Assembly: GCA_008690995.1 (NCBI GenBank)
Contig: VRMN01000003.1
Location: 1 to 64,000 of the forward strand
Reading direction: 5' to 3'
Length of the DNA: 64,000 nucleotides
Source: Porphyridium purpureum
Taxonomy: Eukaryota
The position numbers and the translations under genes were made by a program. A model generated the notes under the pieces. That model had not been told where the DNA came from and searched no databases. It saw only the letters and a list, made by a program, of their open reading frames with translations. Shown in pieces: positions 63,718-64,000 of the stretch. Each line of letters starts with the position of its first letter. Position 1 is the first letter of the stretch.

Positions 63718-64000
63718 CTATTTGCTTGAAGTGTCTTCCCGCTCCAGCAACTCGATCGTGTCGATTTGGACGAAAAAGCTCGAGTAGTGCTCAGGCCGCA
63801 AAAGCACAAGACCTTCGGCGGGTGAGAGTGGAGATGGGAATGCCAGGCGCGCGTGAATAAGCGTTTGTGAGCTGACCACAGCGATCAGTCCCAGGAAGTA
63901 ACAAGTTAGTGAGAAGCGGTCTGACGCACGGTACTCACCGCAAAATATGCCTCCGCAGATCGATACATACGCTATCCACGAGCCCTGCGAACGGCTTACC
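63718..64000 (-). CDS. Possible 3' end of a gene with a spliceosomal intron at about 63813-63938
   Basis: GTGAGT donor, CTAAC and an AG acceptor give the open peptide ...SICGGIFCGLVLLRPEHYSSFF...SSK*. Confidence 0.35.
   Translation of the reverse strand, partial: VSRSQGSWIAYVSICGGIFCGEYRASDRFSLTCYFLGLIAVVSSQTLIHARLAFPSPLSPAEGLVLLRPEHYSSFFVQIDTIELLEREDTSSK

Overview
Compact, nearly intron-free eukaryotic nuclear DNA. Plastid-targeted products (DUF1995, YlmG, DUF3598, DnaJ-like zinc finger), MAF/AFV-type transit peptides and SPINDLY suggest a unicellular red alga such as Porphyridium (inference). About 22 host genes flank a 24-kb nest of four LTR retrotransposons (19411-43405). The outer element is a minus-strand Ty1/Copia that reconstructs to an intact 5797-bp element. 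Two sibling Ty3/Gypsy copies and one chromodomain Ty3/Gypsy have inserted into it. The most notable signals: (1) both Gypsy families carry heat-shock-element arrays in their LTRs, and the nest abuts a three-gene Hsp20 cluster; (2) the Copia joins gag and pol by an in-frame UGA-CGG plus a hairpin, and has an 11-nt self-complementary PBS with no tRNA site; (3) the chromovirus has an 18-bp palindrome in place of a PBS; (4) pyridoxal kinase is fused in frame to DUF952 across a single TGA; (5) two tandem paralogues share an unrecognised domain. All calls come from reading the sequence by eye; no searches were run.
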